A DNA stretch of 64,000 bases from Candidatus Calditenuaceae archaeon HR02 (lineage in GTDB: Archaea; Thermoproteota; Nitrososphaeria_A; Caldarchaeales; Calditenuaceae). A model generated the notes under the pieces. That model searched no databases. It worked only from the letters and a program-made list of their open reading frames with translations, and was not told the origin of the DNA. The position numbers were made by a program, and so were the translations under genes. Shown one piece after another: positions 9,582 to 19,996 of this stretch; position 1 is the stretch's first letter; each line of letters opens with the position of its first letter. Where the stretch lies: assembly GCA_002898395.1 (NCBI GenBank), contig BEHE01000012.1, positions 10,818-74,817 on the forward strand, in the 5' to 3' direction.

Positions 9582-10716
9582 TTTCACGAGTCAGGTTAAT
9601 GAATTCCTCAACCGTCCGAAGGAGCCTCGGCCTCTCTCGGCCCCGTATAGACAATATTTTGTCCTCGAGAGCACTTATCTCCTCAACACCCTCCACTACG
9701 CTTAACTCTATCTCAATCCCTCTACTCTCGCGCGGCGCTAGGAACTGGAGTGTTCCGAAGCGTCTCTCTACGTCTCTTCCTAATACAAGGGCGTTCGCAG
9801 GCTCTATTCCCAGAACGTATGTCCCCTCCCCCATCATCTTCCACTCTATCAGGCGGTTGAGGCTCGACTTTCTAAACCGAAGTACGACGGCCAAGCCGTT
9901 TTGGAGCCTTTTATTTACTAGGGCGGCGTAGGCATATCCGTCAGGGTCGGTGGCCAGGTCGTGGAAATAGACTTTTTCCCTATACCCTTTTTGAGGCTCC
10001 TCGAAACTGTCAAAGCATTCTGCCCCCTCGGCAGCGTCAGCGTCTCTGGGGACGACGAGGCGCGAAGTTGAAAGTAATTCCGAGTCCCTGCTTAGTAGGG
10101 TGTACCCGAAGTTGAAGTGGTAGAGTATCATGAAAGGCTGTGGATACCATCCGTTGTTGACGATTGTATCTTTTATCAGGATTCGGCTTTCTCCAAGTCG
10201 GGTCTCTATTCTTCGGTGGAGGGAGATGTTAGGCTCAAAAACCTTTACCTCCCTTACCTCTCCCTCAATCTCAAGAATGTAATCGTCTCCCTCCCACCTA
10301 CCCCTACAGACCTTCAGCCTAGCTGGAATATATGATACTCGCCCATGTAGCCCGAGTTGTTCACCTTCATCAATAGTCGGTCGCCCGAAGTATGTTAAGC
10401 CACAGGTCGTGAGGGCCCCTCCGAAAAACCCTCTCAGCCAGTTTAAGCCCTCAGGCTCGTAGAATGCAGGTGACTGTATACCGGTCGGACTTATCCATGC
10501 TAATGGAATACCCTTGTATTCGAGGTTTGCGATGTCGAGTGCTCGGTCAACCACTATGGTCGCGTTTAGCAGTCCCGTCCTAAGGATGATACATCTCACA
10601 CCGCTCTCCGGTCCTTCTTTAAGCTCGCAAAGAGATAACCCGCCTACCTGAGATATATCGCCAATATATCTTTCAAGCCTATCCCTGTTTAGCCGCTCAC
10701 CGAAAAGGGTGGTCAC
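9574..10716 (-). CDS. Aldose 1-epimerase-like protein (DUF4432)
   Basis: DRALDI, WLRGFFGGALTTCGL, LHGRVS, MILYHFNFG, YVLGIEPAN. Confidence 0.85.
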   Translation of the reverse strand: MTTLFGERLNRDRLERYIGDISQVGGLSLCELKEGPESGVRCIILRTGLLNATIVVDRALDIANLEYKGIPLAWISPTGIQSPAFYEPEGLNWLRGFFGGALTTCGLTYFGRPTIDEGEQLGLHGRVSYIPARLKVCRGRWEGDDYILEIEGEVREVKVFEPNISLHRRIETRLGESRILIKDTIVNNGWYPQPFMILYHFNFGYTLLSRDSELLSTSRLVVPRDADAAEGAECFDSFEEPQKGYREKVYFHDLATDPDGYAYAALVNKRLQNGLAVVLRFRKSSLNRLIEWKMMGEGTYVLGIEPANALVLGRDVERRFGTLQFLAPRESRGIEIELSVVEGVEEISALEDKILSIRGRERPRLLRTVEEFINLTRETI

Positions 10717-10747
10717 AAAAACTCTTGGAACGCGTTGGCTATATTTT

Positions 10748-11953
10748 TTATCCGGTCTGAAGCTTTCCTAACGCCCTGTAAAAAGTGTCTACAGCATCTC
10801 CTGTTGAGCATTTTTGATATCCTAGCGAGGTTAGGGTCTCTGATAGTGCGGTGAGTGTTGGGATGAGGAAGCGGGGACTAGCAGTATAGCCCATATGTCC
10901 TATTCGTATGGCTGTTTCCTCAGTTGCAGCTATCCCCCTGCTTATCATGATTCTGTAGTCGCGCAGCATCTTTCCAACTATGTGCTCAATCTTTCCCCGG
11001 AGGTCGGGGGGCAATTCTATTGCGGTTATCGTAGGAGAGGCGTACTCCTCATTCTTGCTTACAAATCCCAGTCCCATGGCCTTAGTCGCAGCCCTGAAGG
11101 CCGCGGCCATCCTACGATGCCGCTCATACCTCTTCTCTAAACCCTCTTCTAACGCCACCTCCGCAGCCACCTTCAAGGCTAAATAGGCATACGTGTTCAC
11201 CGTGGTGGGATAGGGGTGGCCATGGCTGGCCCAGTTCCTTCTATACCATCTCCAGACACGCAGATTTGTCATCCAGGTGGCAGGATGTACAAGCCCCCTC
11301 TCCACCCTCTCCCAGACCTCGTTGCTTATCGAGACCGGAAGAGCCCCAGGAACCCCGCTCAAACACTTGTTAGGGTAGCCGACACAGACATCGATACCCC
11401 AGCCATCGACATCGAGATCGGCCCCGCCAAAGGCTGAGATAGAATCGACAACGGTGAACAGCCCTCTCTTCTTCGCTATCTCAACATACTGGGGAATTGG
11501 GTTCAGTATGCCTGTGGCTGACTCATTCTGCACTACTATTAGTGCGACCGCGTCGGGGTTTTTGTCTAGGCACTCTTTGAGCGCCTCTATGGAGACGATG
11601 TATCCTGGGGGGGAGCTGAGAGTTACAACCTCCGCGGCACAGTAGCTAGCTATCTCTGCAAACCTATCCCCAAAGAATCCATTTGTCAGGGCGACCACCT
11701 TATCCCCCCGGTTAGCCACGTTGACAACCCCCAGCTCCAGGCCCAGGCATCCAGGTCCAGGCATCACTATAACCTCGTTCCTCGTCCTGAAGATCTTCCT
11801 AACAGCCTCCTCAACTCCCCAGTATATCTCACCCCACTCGGAGCCGTAATGCGGGTAGAACCTGCCTGTCAAGACCTGCCTAACCCGCGGATGCAGCTCA
11901 GAGGGTCCCGGAATCATTAATACAGGGTCTTCAGACCAGTACTGGCTCATCAC
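10748..11953 (-). CDS. Class V PLP aminotransferase (alanine-glyoxylate/serine-pyruvate type)
   Basis: LMIPGPS, NESATG, VDSISAFGG, PNKCL (PLP lysine), IRIGHMG. Confidence 0.92.
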   Translation of the reverse strand: MMSQYWSEDPVLMIPGPSELHPRVRQVLTGRFYPHYGSEWGEIYWGVEEAVRKIFRTRNEVIVMPGPGCLGLELGVVNVANRGDKVVALTNGFFGDRFAEIASYCAAEVVTLSSPPGYIVSIEALKECLDKNPDAVALIVVQNESATGILNPIPQYVEIAKKRGLFTVVDSISAFGGADLDVDGWGIDVCVGYPNKCLSGVPGALPVSISNEVWERVERGLVHPATWMTNLRVWRWYRRNWASHGHPYPTTVNTYAYLALKVAAEVALEEGLEKRYERHRRMAAAFRAATKAMGLGFVSKNEEYASPTITAIELPPDLRGKIEHIVGKMLRDYRIMISRGIAATEETAIRIGHMGYTASPRFLIPTLTALSETLTSLGYQKCSTGDAVDTFYRALGKLQTG

Positions 11954-11993
11954 CTCATATTGTCTAAAAATTATGATAAAAATCTCGCTTCAC

Positions 11994-12959
11994 TTAGGTA
12001 AGGTCGCTGAGATCCAACTCTCCACGCCTTAGGAGTCCGAGGAAAAACTCTGCAGTCTTTGCTACTCCCTCCCTCGCAGGAGTCTTCTTGAGGGGACCCA
12101 AATCCTTCTCTGTCTCAGAGTCGTCCAAGTAGGCAGGGATGGGTAGGGGTTTATCCTCAAACGTTATGAGCCCGCTAACGCCAGTAGCCTCCTCTATAAT
12201 CTTCACAAGCTCCGCGACACTTATCACGTCTCCCCGCACGTTATAAACCCGAGCACCATCAAAGTCCTTAATTGCAGAAATGGCAAATAGGTGCGCCACA
12301 TCCTCCACATACTGCATATCTATTAAACCGCCAAACCTTATCCTGTAGGGCCTGCGGGCTATTGCCGCCTTTATGGCGCGGGAGGCGTCAGACGTCACGC
12401 CGACGTCGCGCCCATAACCGTAGACAACCTGTGGTCTAAGACCGACACTCGGGATACCTGACTCATGCCAATAGGCGTTTGCAGTCAGCTCGTTGCATAC
12501 CTTGTAGGCGCCGTAATGGGTTGTCGGTTTTAGAGGGGCGTTAACAGGTACCGGGCCTTCACCGTAAAGCTCCGGGGGACCGAAAACAGCAGCCGAGCTC
12601 GCATAGACAACACGTCTAACGATATCGCGATTCTTCTTCGCCGCCTCAAAGACCCTTAGAGTCCCTATCACATTGACGAGTGCGCCCCTCACAGGATCCG
12701 CCCTGCATTGCGGGATCTGAAAGGCTGCTAGGTGGATTATAGCATCAACGCCATAGTTCCTAACTATGTTCTCTATGAAGCCCTCATCGACAATATCGCC
12801 CCTAACGAATGGAAGCCTGTCAGCCCCATCGACGACGTATCTAAGCCTCGATAAGTCGCCGGAAACATCGGTCAGAACTACTCGCTCGCCAAGCTCTAGC
12901 AGGCGCCTCACAGTCCAAGCACCTATGAAGCCACATGCACCAGTAACAAGTATCGGCAT
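11994..12959 (-). CDS. NAD-dependent epimerase/dehydratase (extended SDR)
   Basis: TGACGFIG, HLAA, ASSAAVFG, YGAYK. Confidence 0.92.
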   Translation of the reverse strand: MPILVTGACGFIGAWTVRRLLELGERVVLTDVSGDLSRLRYVVDGADRLPFVRGDIVDEGFIENIVRNYGVDAIIHLAAFQIPQCRADPVRGALVNVIGTLRVFEAAKKNRDIVRRVVYASSAAVFGPPELYGEGPVPVNAPLKPTTHYGAYKVCNELTANAYWHESGIPSVGLRPQVVYGYGRDVGVTSDASRAIKAAIARRPYRIRFGGLIDMQYVEDVAHLFAISAIKDFDGARVYNVRGDVISVAELVKIIEEATGVSGLITFEDKPLPIPAYLDDSETEKDLGPLKKTPAREGVAKTAEFFLGLLRRGELDLSDLT

Positions 12960-13157
12960 CGGGCCCTCAGCGTATCAAGAGCATCTGAGAGGATTTAAAC
13001 AGTACTATGAAAGATACACAGATCTGTGGAATGGCCCAGTCAGATATTGGAGTAATTCCCATCACAATGGCCGTGAAGACGTAACAGCGAGGCAGATGAC
13101 CGGAAAACATGTAGGGACGGGCTAGATGCTCAAAGGAGTGTAAAACTCGGCTTAATT

Positions 13158-13231
13158 AGCCCCGGGCGGGGTTTGAACCCGCGACCTGCCGCTTACAAGG
13201 CGGCCGCTCTACCTGGCTGAGCTACCGGGGC
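13158..13231 (-). tRNA. tRNA-Thr(UGU), no intron
   Basis: Reverse complement gccccggtagctcagccaggtagagcggccgccttgtaagcggcaggtcgcgggttcaaaccccgcccggggct folds into a cloverleaf; anticodon TGT. Confidence 0.95.
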
Positions 13232-13394
13232 AGCACTTGTTACCCTGACACTCCTCTATTTAGCCATCCCTTTCAACGTTCTCTAACACTTAGTCTAAGC
13301 CCATCCTCCACGGTACGAGCTCGCGTTGAAAGGGAGCTGGAGGAGCAGCTATTCGACAGGCTCGTAGAAGTTGAATTCCTAAGATCGCTAGCCT

Positions 13395-13522
13395 GAGATG
13401 CTACCCAGCCGCGGGAAGTGGTGCGCATGGTAGGGGATTTAAATACTCCTCAAAACACCAACAATACATAAACACAGAGCAGATTAGATGCAACACAAAA
13501 CTAAGAATAAGTCAAGAAGATA
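13395..13522 (+). repeat. Dispersed TATA-containing repeat, copy 1
   Basis: agtggtgcgcatggtaggggatttaaatactcctcaaaacaccaacaatacataaacacagagcag..atgcaacacaaaactaagaa..gaagata, aligned by eye to copies 2-4. Confidence 0.9.
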
Positions 13523-13955
13523 GGAGGCTGAGGGTAACCCATTCAGTTCAGAGGCGTAGGCATGGGCCTTCTAAGTATCCGACATACACCTATTCAATCC
13601 CTCCGAGCCAGACGTTGTTATAATCATTTTAACTGAGGTAAGCTGAGGCATATGGTTGGGCCGTTCTTCCCAATTCGGTTGGAGGAGGTAGACAATCAGA
13701 GGATTATCCACTTTGTGCGCCAAGAAATGTGGTTACATGGTTCTGAATGTGGGTCGGGGCAGCTAGGGAAACCAGTGTAGCCTATGCGGAGGCTGGAGGC
13801 CCCTCCATACCTTTTCATCCTCGAGGCCACCCGATCCTAACTATTTGACCACTCGACAAATTTTCGTCCTAACACCTTTTGTTCAGTGTGTGAAGGCTAG
13901 AAGCATACAGCCACTTCATTAAAGCTTACATAGTAATCTCGGCAGTCGCTATGTT

Positions 13956-14534
13956 GTGATAGAAGAGGTTCTGAAGAGCACTATCGTCCTTTTTGTGGTT
14001 GTGGACCCTATTGGGAATATTCCGATACTCATTGAGCTTACCCGTGGCCTTAGCTCTGACGGTCGTAAAAGGGTCTTCAACCTTGCTACACTAGTTGGGT
14101 CCGCGCTTCTACTCGTCTTCGCATTTGCGGGCCACCAGATCCTCTCACTTTTCAACGTCTCCCTTCACAGCTTTAAAATTGCGGGTGGGATCCTTTTCCT
14201 CTTCCTATCCCTTCAAATCCTCGTCTATGGGGGTGAGAAACTTTTAGCAAAGACCGGCGACGTCGGTGTTTTTCCCATAGGATTCCCACTGCTCGTGGGC
14301 CCAGGTGCAATAACCACGACCATGATAACCATAAACACATCAGGCCAGCTCGTGGCAATCACGTCTGTACTAATAGTTATGCTTCTCAGCTGGATAGTTC
14401 TCAGAAGTATAGAAACTCTTCACCGACTTTTGGGGAAAGTAGGTGCCGACGTCATTGCCCGTGTAATGGCCATTATCTTGGCGGCTATAGCCATCGAGTA
14501 TATTTTATCGGGCGCTAGAGAGGCTATCGGATAA
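13956..14534 (+). CDS. MarC-family membrane protein
   Basis: VVDPIGNIP, FKIAGGIL, PLLVGPGAITT, RVMAIILAAIAIEYILSG. Confidence 0.93.
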   Translation: MIEEVLKSTIVLFVVVDPIGNIPILIELTRGLSSDGRKRVFNLATLVGSALLLVFAFAGHQILSLFNVSLHSFKIAGGILFLFLSLQILVYGGEKLLAKTGDVGVFPIGFPLLVGPGAITTTMITINTSGQLVAITSVLIVMLLSWIVLRSIETLHRLLGKVGADVIARVMAIILAAIAIEYILSGAREAIG

Positions 14535-14592
14535 ATAGCTACCAGAGAGCATTAGGCTTTAATATGGGGACTCCAAAGTGATTTGATGAGAG

Positions 14593-14713
14593 CCCGGCGT
14601 AGCTCAGCCTGGTAGAGCATCCGGCTGTAGAGGCCGGCATCCAGCCGTGCCTTTGCCAGCCTACCGGGCTAACAGAAACCGGAGGGCCGCAGGTTCAAAT
14701 CCTGCCGCCGGGA
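14593..14713 (+). tRNA. tRNA-Tyr(GUA) with 47-nt intron at 37/38 (14631-14677)
   Basis: C1-G72 pair, anticodon GTA at 14627-14629, BHB central helix CTGT/ACAG with 3-nt bulges, T-loop ggttcaaatcc. Confidence 0.93.
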
Positions 14714-14729
14714 TATGCCGGAATATAAT

Positions 14730-14990
14730 ATTCCGAGAAAGTTTAAGGGGGAAAAGGGGGTGAGTTTTCGTCTGTGCTTCATCATATTACTACCGATACT
14801 TGTCTGTACGTTCTCACAAACCTCCCACCAGTCCTTCCTGCTGCTCACATCGTCTACACGTCGTTCCACCGCCCTCATAGACAGCTGTAGCAGCCCTCTC
14901 TCCCTAGTTATAGACGTTCCGACCTTATCCAAGAGCTTCCAGTGATCCTCGGGTAGATATATATTACAAATCTTTTCTTTCTTACTTAAA
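14730..14990 (-). pseudogene. Possible ribbon-helix-helix protein remnant
   Basis: Minus frame reads SKKEKICNIYLPEDHWKLLDKV (RHH beta-strand/helix pattern); no clear start codon. Confidence 0.35.
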
Positions 14991-14992
14991 TT

Positions 14993-15200
14993 CTATCCGC
15001 CGCTCTTCCCTCGAATGCCATCGTTTGCTACCCTTCTCTCCCATATTATCAGTGGACTCATACTTACCCCAAGCTCGGCAAGTAGCTGTCTGTTATATTC
15101 GAGTAATTCGACATCGGTGTTCGTGTAGGCTGGCATCAATCCTACTCCACCACCATCGAAGAATCCTCTTCGGAATCCCAGTCTCGCATCGGGGTTGGAG
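14993..15200 (-). pseudogene. LAGLIDADG homing endonuclease fragment
   Basis: NPDARLGFRRGFFDGGG..AYTNTDVELLEYNRQLLAELGV resembles the LAGLIDADG helix plus the downstream xNTDxxLLxxxxxLLxxLGI segment. Confidence 0.7.
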
Positions 15201-15335
15201 AAATGCCTCCCCGCCGCTGGTAGTGGCACGTATGGTAGGTGATTTAAATACCCCTCAAAATGCCAACAATACATAAACACAGAGCAGGCAGACGCCCTAT
15301 ATGCAAAACATAACAAGAAACAACTCGTGAAGATA
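15172..15335 (+). repeat. Dispersed TATA-containing repeat, copy 2
   Basis: ggaatcccagtctcgcatcggggttg..tagtggcacgtatggtaggtgatttaaatacccctcaaaatgccaacaatacataaacacagagcagg..gaagata. Confidence 0.9.
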
Positions 15336-15634
15336 AATAAGCTACCCAGAGATGTGCCTCCGATGTGGGCGGGATGGTCGGATGCACCATCCTATCCTTA
15401 AGCATGAGGCTTAGGCAGTTTCTGAGTATTCTACTGTAGAGCCAGTAGCCATGCTTGAAATAGCCGCAAACATTGGAGAATAGATATATAATATCTTCCC
15501 ATCCCCTGAGAGGGTGATGGTTAGGCTCTCGAGCCGGACACATTCCCTCCTCTTACCAGCGATGCATCCTAGCTAAATATTGGGTTATGAGACGTGTGAG
15601 GATGGGGGTTAAATAATTCAACCCCCATTAATCT

Positions 15635-16072
15635 ATGGCAGAAATGGGGAATGGGGAGTTCGCGGCAAGGCAGCTGATTAAGGTTAGAAAGAGGTTTAGA
15701 TGGAGCCAGAGGCGATACAAGATTAGGATGCTTAATCTCAAGGAGAAGTTCGACCCGTTAGAGGGCGCACCTATGGCGAAGGGGATCGTAATCGAGAAGA
15801 AAGGTATAGAATCGCGGCAGCCAAACAGCGCTGTCAGGAAGTGTGTCCGGGTGCAGCTGACGAAGAATGGGAAGGTAGTGACCGCGTTCCTGCCTGGGGA
15901 CGGAGCCCTGAATGTAGTTGACGAACATGACGAGGTGATTATACAGGGGATAGGAGGCACATTGGGAAAGAGCTACGGAGACTTGCCGGGGGTCAGATAT
16001 GAGGTAGTCACGGTAAATGGTGTCCCTCTAAAGCTGCTTGTGCTTGGGAAGGCTAAGAAGCCGAGACGCTAA
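15635..16072 (+). CDS. rps12: 30S ribosomal protein uS12
   Basis: [32 protein letters not shown]; GDLPGVRY. Confidence 0.98.
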   Translation: MAEMGNGEFAARQLIKVRKRFRWSQRRYKIRMLNLKEKFDPLEGAPMAKGIVIEKKGIESRQPNSAVRKCVRVQLTKNGKVVTAFLPGDGALNVVDEHDEVIIQGIGGTLGKSYGDLPGVRYEVVTVNGVPLKLLVLGKAKKPRR

Positions 16073-18662
16073 AACGCCTATAAGCTTGCACTGCAGATAC
16101 AGCGATCAACACACAAGATGATAGGAGAATGGTATAGAAGCTTATGGGAACCCTAACCTGGACTCTTTGGGAGCCTGGTTCTGCAGAAGACTCAAAGACC
16201 ATCCATCTAGCTACTATTTCTCTTGCCGAAGGGCTGACGGTCTTCAGCATAGCTAGTCCAGCAGAATCTGAGAAAGCATGGGATTCTATTACATTCTCCG
16301 AGCGGAGGGCTTGGATCTCGTAAAAAGGCGCGGGAATGCCAAACTTGTCTATAACTTCGACGTCTAGGCTTCTCACGGCCAGTTTAACCTGGTAGATACC
16401 AGGCCCATTGATATACACTTCGGAGTCATCCTTTACCTCCAGACCCTTCCAGAACACCCCCAAAACGTCTAGGCGGCCCTCCGGAAGCCAGGTCTCCTCA
16501 CCGCTCCACACCACGTAGACCCTTCCCAATATATCTTGAAGCCGTAACTCCACATCGAGAGGGGGCGATGTGTTAAACGCGATGCGATATACTCTCCTAT
16601 ACTCGGCTCTGAGTTCAATGCTCCCATTAACCCTGATTGAAATGGTCCTTTCTCCGGACTCGAGCCCACCGGTCCATTTCACGAACTCTAACGCCTCATC
16701 CGCGCTGAGGGGTATGATGGAAGGTGTATCGAGCTGGATAACGTGGTTTATTGGGGCCCAGATTATTTTATCCACTTTTTCCACCGGATTCCTGACCGTT
16801 ATCTGGGCCTCCTCCCTCCAATACAGCACTATGGTTTTTGGCTTCTGGACCACGAACCGTAGCATGCTCTCCGCACCTTCGGAGGAGCCGATGAAAACTG
16901 CCTTCAACCCCTTATCCAGCCGCACCGATTCAGGGACATCCAACTCGAAGACCTCCCCACGCCTATACCAATTGGTCGGAGCGTCGACCTTAACAGAAGA
17001 AACAACTTCGATGAGATAATACCTCTCATACATAGGTGCTATAACTCTGGGACCCGTAACCGTTAAACTCTGCGTAGGCTCTGGTACAAGGTCTGGGTTT
17101 AGCCAGCCCGAGAAGACTGCTTTTGACCTGTTGTCCCAGAGAATCTCTCTGGGGACGCTGACTGTTATCTTGGACTCCTTGTCCGCCCATAAGAGCTCTT
17201 CTACCTCACCTCCAAGACTCCTGATAGTAAGGAGAAACTGTGTTTTCCAGACAGCGGAGAGATGTACAGGCTCTGTTAGGTTTATCAGCAGGTAGGGTGA
17301 CGTGGCTGCATGGGAGCCGTTGAACCCACTGAGTACGATTCTAGCATCTTGGGAGAGGTATACGATGCTGGGGTTGACGGTTATGTTGAGGAGTGATCCC
17401 TCTGGCCACCATCCTGAGACTGAGGGTTCGCCGTAGTCTGATAAGACCTCGACGAGAAACTCCCTTCTATAAACCGCATATAGTTGAATGGGAGACTCCA
17501 CTACAAGCTCAAGCCTAATGCTGGTACTATTTACCGCGCCCCTCCACCCGGCAAAGACCAGCCTCTCATCAGATGATAGATAGATCACCTCGGTTGCGTT
17601 AACTGATATTCGGCCGCCCCTTCTAATCCATCCATCGAGAATAGTGCCATTAGGATATTCAACAACCACCCTGTACTCGACATCATATACCGCTAGATAA
17701 TCAGAGTGGCTGGTTGGCTTGAGTGTTAGAGAAGTGCTTGTAGAAAGTGTTTGCCCCGACCCTCTATTTCTCCACCCGGTGAAGATATACCTCTTCCAGG
17801 CCTCGCCCGCGTCTTGAATAACCGTGTTGACGTTTATAGTGAAGCTCTGACCGGCAGGTACGAATATTGTTCTGTAGAGAAGCTCGTTATCTCCAAGTAA
17901 TAGGTATATCCTTATCCTAAATCTGATGGGTTCTCCGTCCGCGTCTAGAATATGGATATAATCCATGCCCGCCGGCAGGGTTACAGTATTTGGAGGGCTT
18001 TTGAAAATTCCTCGTTCGAGCCATGCATAGATCACTGCCAAGGCGTAGAGATTCAGCGTGGAGGGTCTGGAGCCGGGGACAAGGTATTCGTACATCAAGT
18101 CTCTAGAGTTGGTAGTATGCCCTAACCCCAGCGCATGACCTATCTCATGCATTGCAACTACCAGCGCATACTCTTCCCGGCCGTTGATGCATTCACTCGA
18201 TAGTTGAATTGATGCTTGTCTAATTTCTCCAGACACCGCGTTGAGGTACGTTACACCGCACACCCGCTCACCCAGACTCTCCATATACTCTATTGTGATG
18301 TCTCCCGAGGTGCCGTTTATGCCCCGAACCAGTTTCACGAACTCGATCCTAGCCAAGTATTCGTAGCCGTAAAGTGCCGTGAAAGTCTCTATTGCCCGCC
18401 TCCACCAGTCGATAGCTCTACCCGCCCACCCCGTAAGACGCTCGTCACCGCTTGGAACAATGAGGAAGGTTAGGGTGGACTTACTCCACGCCCCAATAAT
18501 CCCTATACTATCTTCACTGGATAACTCTATGCCTACCTGTGGGCTCTCTCTCGTCCCCTCATACTGAAGCCTGTAGGCCTCATTGATGGGGAGGGGCAGC
18601 CCCGCCCATATTGCAGCACATAGAAAAAGGACTACTAGGGTGCTGGCTGACCAGTATCCCAT
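16053..18662 (-). CDS. Secreted, membrane-anchored matrixin-like zinc metalloprotease with repeated beta domains
   Basis: Signal peptide, [11 protein letters not shown] zinc motif with Met-turn (DLMY), repeated FxGW modules, C-terminal TM helix. Confidence 0.85.
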   Translation of the reverse strand: MGYWSASTLVVLFLCAAIWAGLPLPINEAYRLQYEGTRESPQVGIELSSEDSIGIIGAWSKSTLTFLIVPSGDERLTGWAGRAIDWWRRAIETFTALYGYEYLARIEFVKLVRGINGTSGDITIEYMESLGERVCGVTYLNAVSGEIRQASIQLSSECINGREEYALVVAMHEIGHALGLGHTTNSRDLMYEYLVPGSRPSTLNLYALAVIYAWLERGIFKSPPNTVTLPAGMDYIHILDADGEPIRFRIRIYLLLGDNELLYRTIFVPAGQSFTINVNTVIQDAGEAWKRYIFTGWRNRGSGQTLSTSTSLTLKPTSHSDYLAVYDVEYRVVVEYPNGTILDGWIRRGGRISVNATEVIYLSSDERLVFAGWRGAVNSTSIRLELVVESPIQLYAVYRREFLVEVLSDYGEPSVSGWWPEGSLLNITVNPSIVYLSQDARIVLSGFNGSHAATSPYLLINLTEPVHLSAVWKTQFLLTIRSLGGEVEELLWADKESKITVSVPREILWDNRSKAVFSGWLNPDLVPEPTQSLTVTGPRVIAPMYERYYLIEVVSSVKVDAPTNWYRRGEVFELDVPESVRLDKGLKAVFIGSSEGAESMLRFVVQKPKTIVLYWREEAQITVRNPVEKVDKIIWAPINHVIQLDTPSIIPLSADEALEFVKWTGGLESGERTISIRVNGSIELRAEYRRVYRIAFNTSPPLDVELRLQDILGRVYVVWSGEETWLPEGRLDVLGVFWKGLEVKDDSEVYINGPGIYQVKLAVRSLDVEVIDKFGIPAPFYEIQALRSENVIESHAFSDSAGLAMLKTVSPSAREIVARWMVFESSAEPGSQRVQVRVPISFYTILLSSCVLIAVSAVQAYRRFSVSAS

Positions 18663-18768
18663 GAAACTACTTAGGCCACGATGCGTCGCCGTATATATCA
18701 GTTGTTGAAAAGTCCAGCTACAAGGCTATAGATAGTTATCCTCGCAGGGCCCCGGATTGTTTTAAGTC

Positions 18769-19293
18769 TTAGTCAATCTGGGTTCCAAACTCGTTTCTGA
18801 CGAACTCTATCCCCTCTTCTCTGGTAAGCCGGTGGGATTTGCCGATCCGTGACCGTTTAATCCGCCTCGTTGAAACCCTTAGTCCAGGCCTAGCTAGGTG
18901 CACGATAATGTCCATCCCGATTATCCCCAGTTCAGGATCGTACCTTGTACCCGGAAACTCGAGGTGCTCCTTTATCCCAAAAGCAAAATTTCCGTATTCA
19001 TCGAAATTGTCACTCGAGAGTCTATTACCTACTGCTGCTAAGGCCTTTCGGAGAAGCTCCACCGCCCTCATACCTCGCAGTGTAACGACCGCCGCAATCG
19101 GCTCCCCCTTCCTTATCCCAAACCCGCGGATCGTCTTCTTCGCCTTCCTGACCGATGGCTTCTGGCCAGTCAACATCTCAAGTATCTTTACCGCCCGCTC
19201 TAGCTTCACTCCCCCTTCTCCTATGGAGGAGTTGACAACCACCTTACAGACCCTGATTTTACGCATAGGATTTTCTAGAATAGCGCTATCCAT
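18769..19293 (-). CDS. rpl5: 50S ribosomal protein uL5
   Basis: NPMRKIRVCKVVVN; FGIRKGEPI; GNFAFGIKEH; YDPELGIIGMD. Confidence 0.97.
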   Translation of the reverse strand: MDSAILENPMRKIRVCKVVVNSSIGEGGVKLERAVKILEMLTGQKPSVRKAKKTIRGFGIRKGEPIAAVVTLRGMRAVELLRKALAAVGNRLSSDNFDEYGNFAFGIKEHLEFPGTRYDPELGIIGMDIIVHLARPGLRVSTRRIKRSRIGKSHRLTREEGIEFVRNEFGTQID

Positions 19294-19991
19294 GGCTTAT
19301 CTTCACCAACAGGCATGAAATAGTCGAGTATAGTGGTTATCCTACCCATGCTAGACTCTATAACCGCGTGCCTCTTAGCTGGGTATCTCCTCTCAGCATC
19401 CATTGAAATAAGCCTCCCATGAAGACCCATCCTAGATCCTGAGGTGATCAGGCAGTATGACCCCTCAACTCTCTTGATAACTCCCTTTACTTCCTGACTC
19501 GGCAACTCTATAACAAATGTGTCTCCAGTCCTTATTGAACTGACCTCTGAGCTGTTGGGTGGGAACTGCAGGTTTCTGCCATCGTGGAGAGTAAACTGGA
19601 TATTGCCACCCTTTACGTGCTGTTTACGCTTCACTTGGCAGGGCTTAACCTTTGCCTCATCATCACCTATCTCTAAGAGCTCAAGCCCCCTTTTGAAGCG
19701 TGGTAGGACACGATAGTTTTTTCCAACCGAAGGGACCGTAATTACATCCATAAGCCCTACACCGAACCTTGGCTCGGTTATAACTTCTCCATCCACTAGG
19801 ATCTTGCCTAAGTGGACGATTTTCTTCGCTTCCGCATAAGTTGCCGCAAAACCCAGATAATCTCTGACTATAACCGCGAGCGGGATGGACTCCTCTAGCG
19901 GGTGCCTGCCGGGTTCTGGCCTCGGGGCGAACTTGTATCCCTTTCTAGGAATTTTGTAAATACTTGGTGCGGCAAGTCTCTTCAGATGCAT
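19275..19991 (-). CDS. rps4e: 30S ribosomal protein eS4
   Basis: HLKRLAAP; PGRH; VGLMDVI; LHDGRN. Confidence 0.97.
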   Translation of the reverse strand: MHLKRLAAPSIYKIPRKGYKFAPRPEPGRHPLEESIPLAVIVRDYLGFAATYAEAKKIVHLGKILVDGEVITEPRFGVGLMDVITVPSVGKNYRVLPRFKRGLELLEIGDDEAKVKPCQVKRKQHVKGGNIQFTLHDGRNLQFPPNSSEVSSIRTGDTFVIELPSQEVKGVIKRVEGSYCLITSGSRMGLHGRLISMDAERRYPAKRHAVIESSMGRITTILDYFMPVGEDKPWIALF

Positions 19992-19996
19992 GCCGT

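Noticed and set aside
13395-13522. Dispersed repeat read as a CRISPR array
   Set aside because: Copies are isolated, with no repeat-spacer periodicity and no cas genes in the window
15244-15543. 99-aa minus-strand ORF
   Set aside because: Runs into repeat copy 2 and has no recognisable motif
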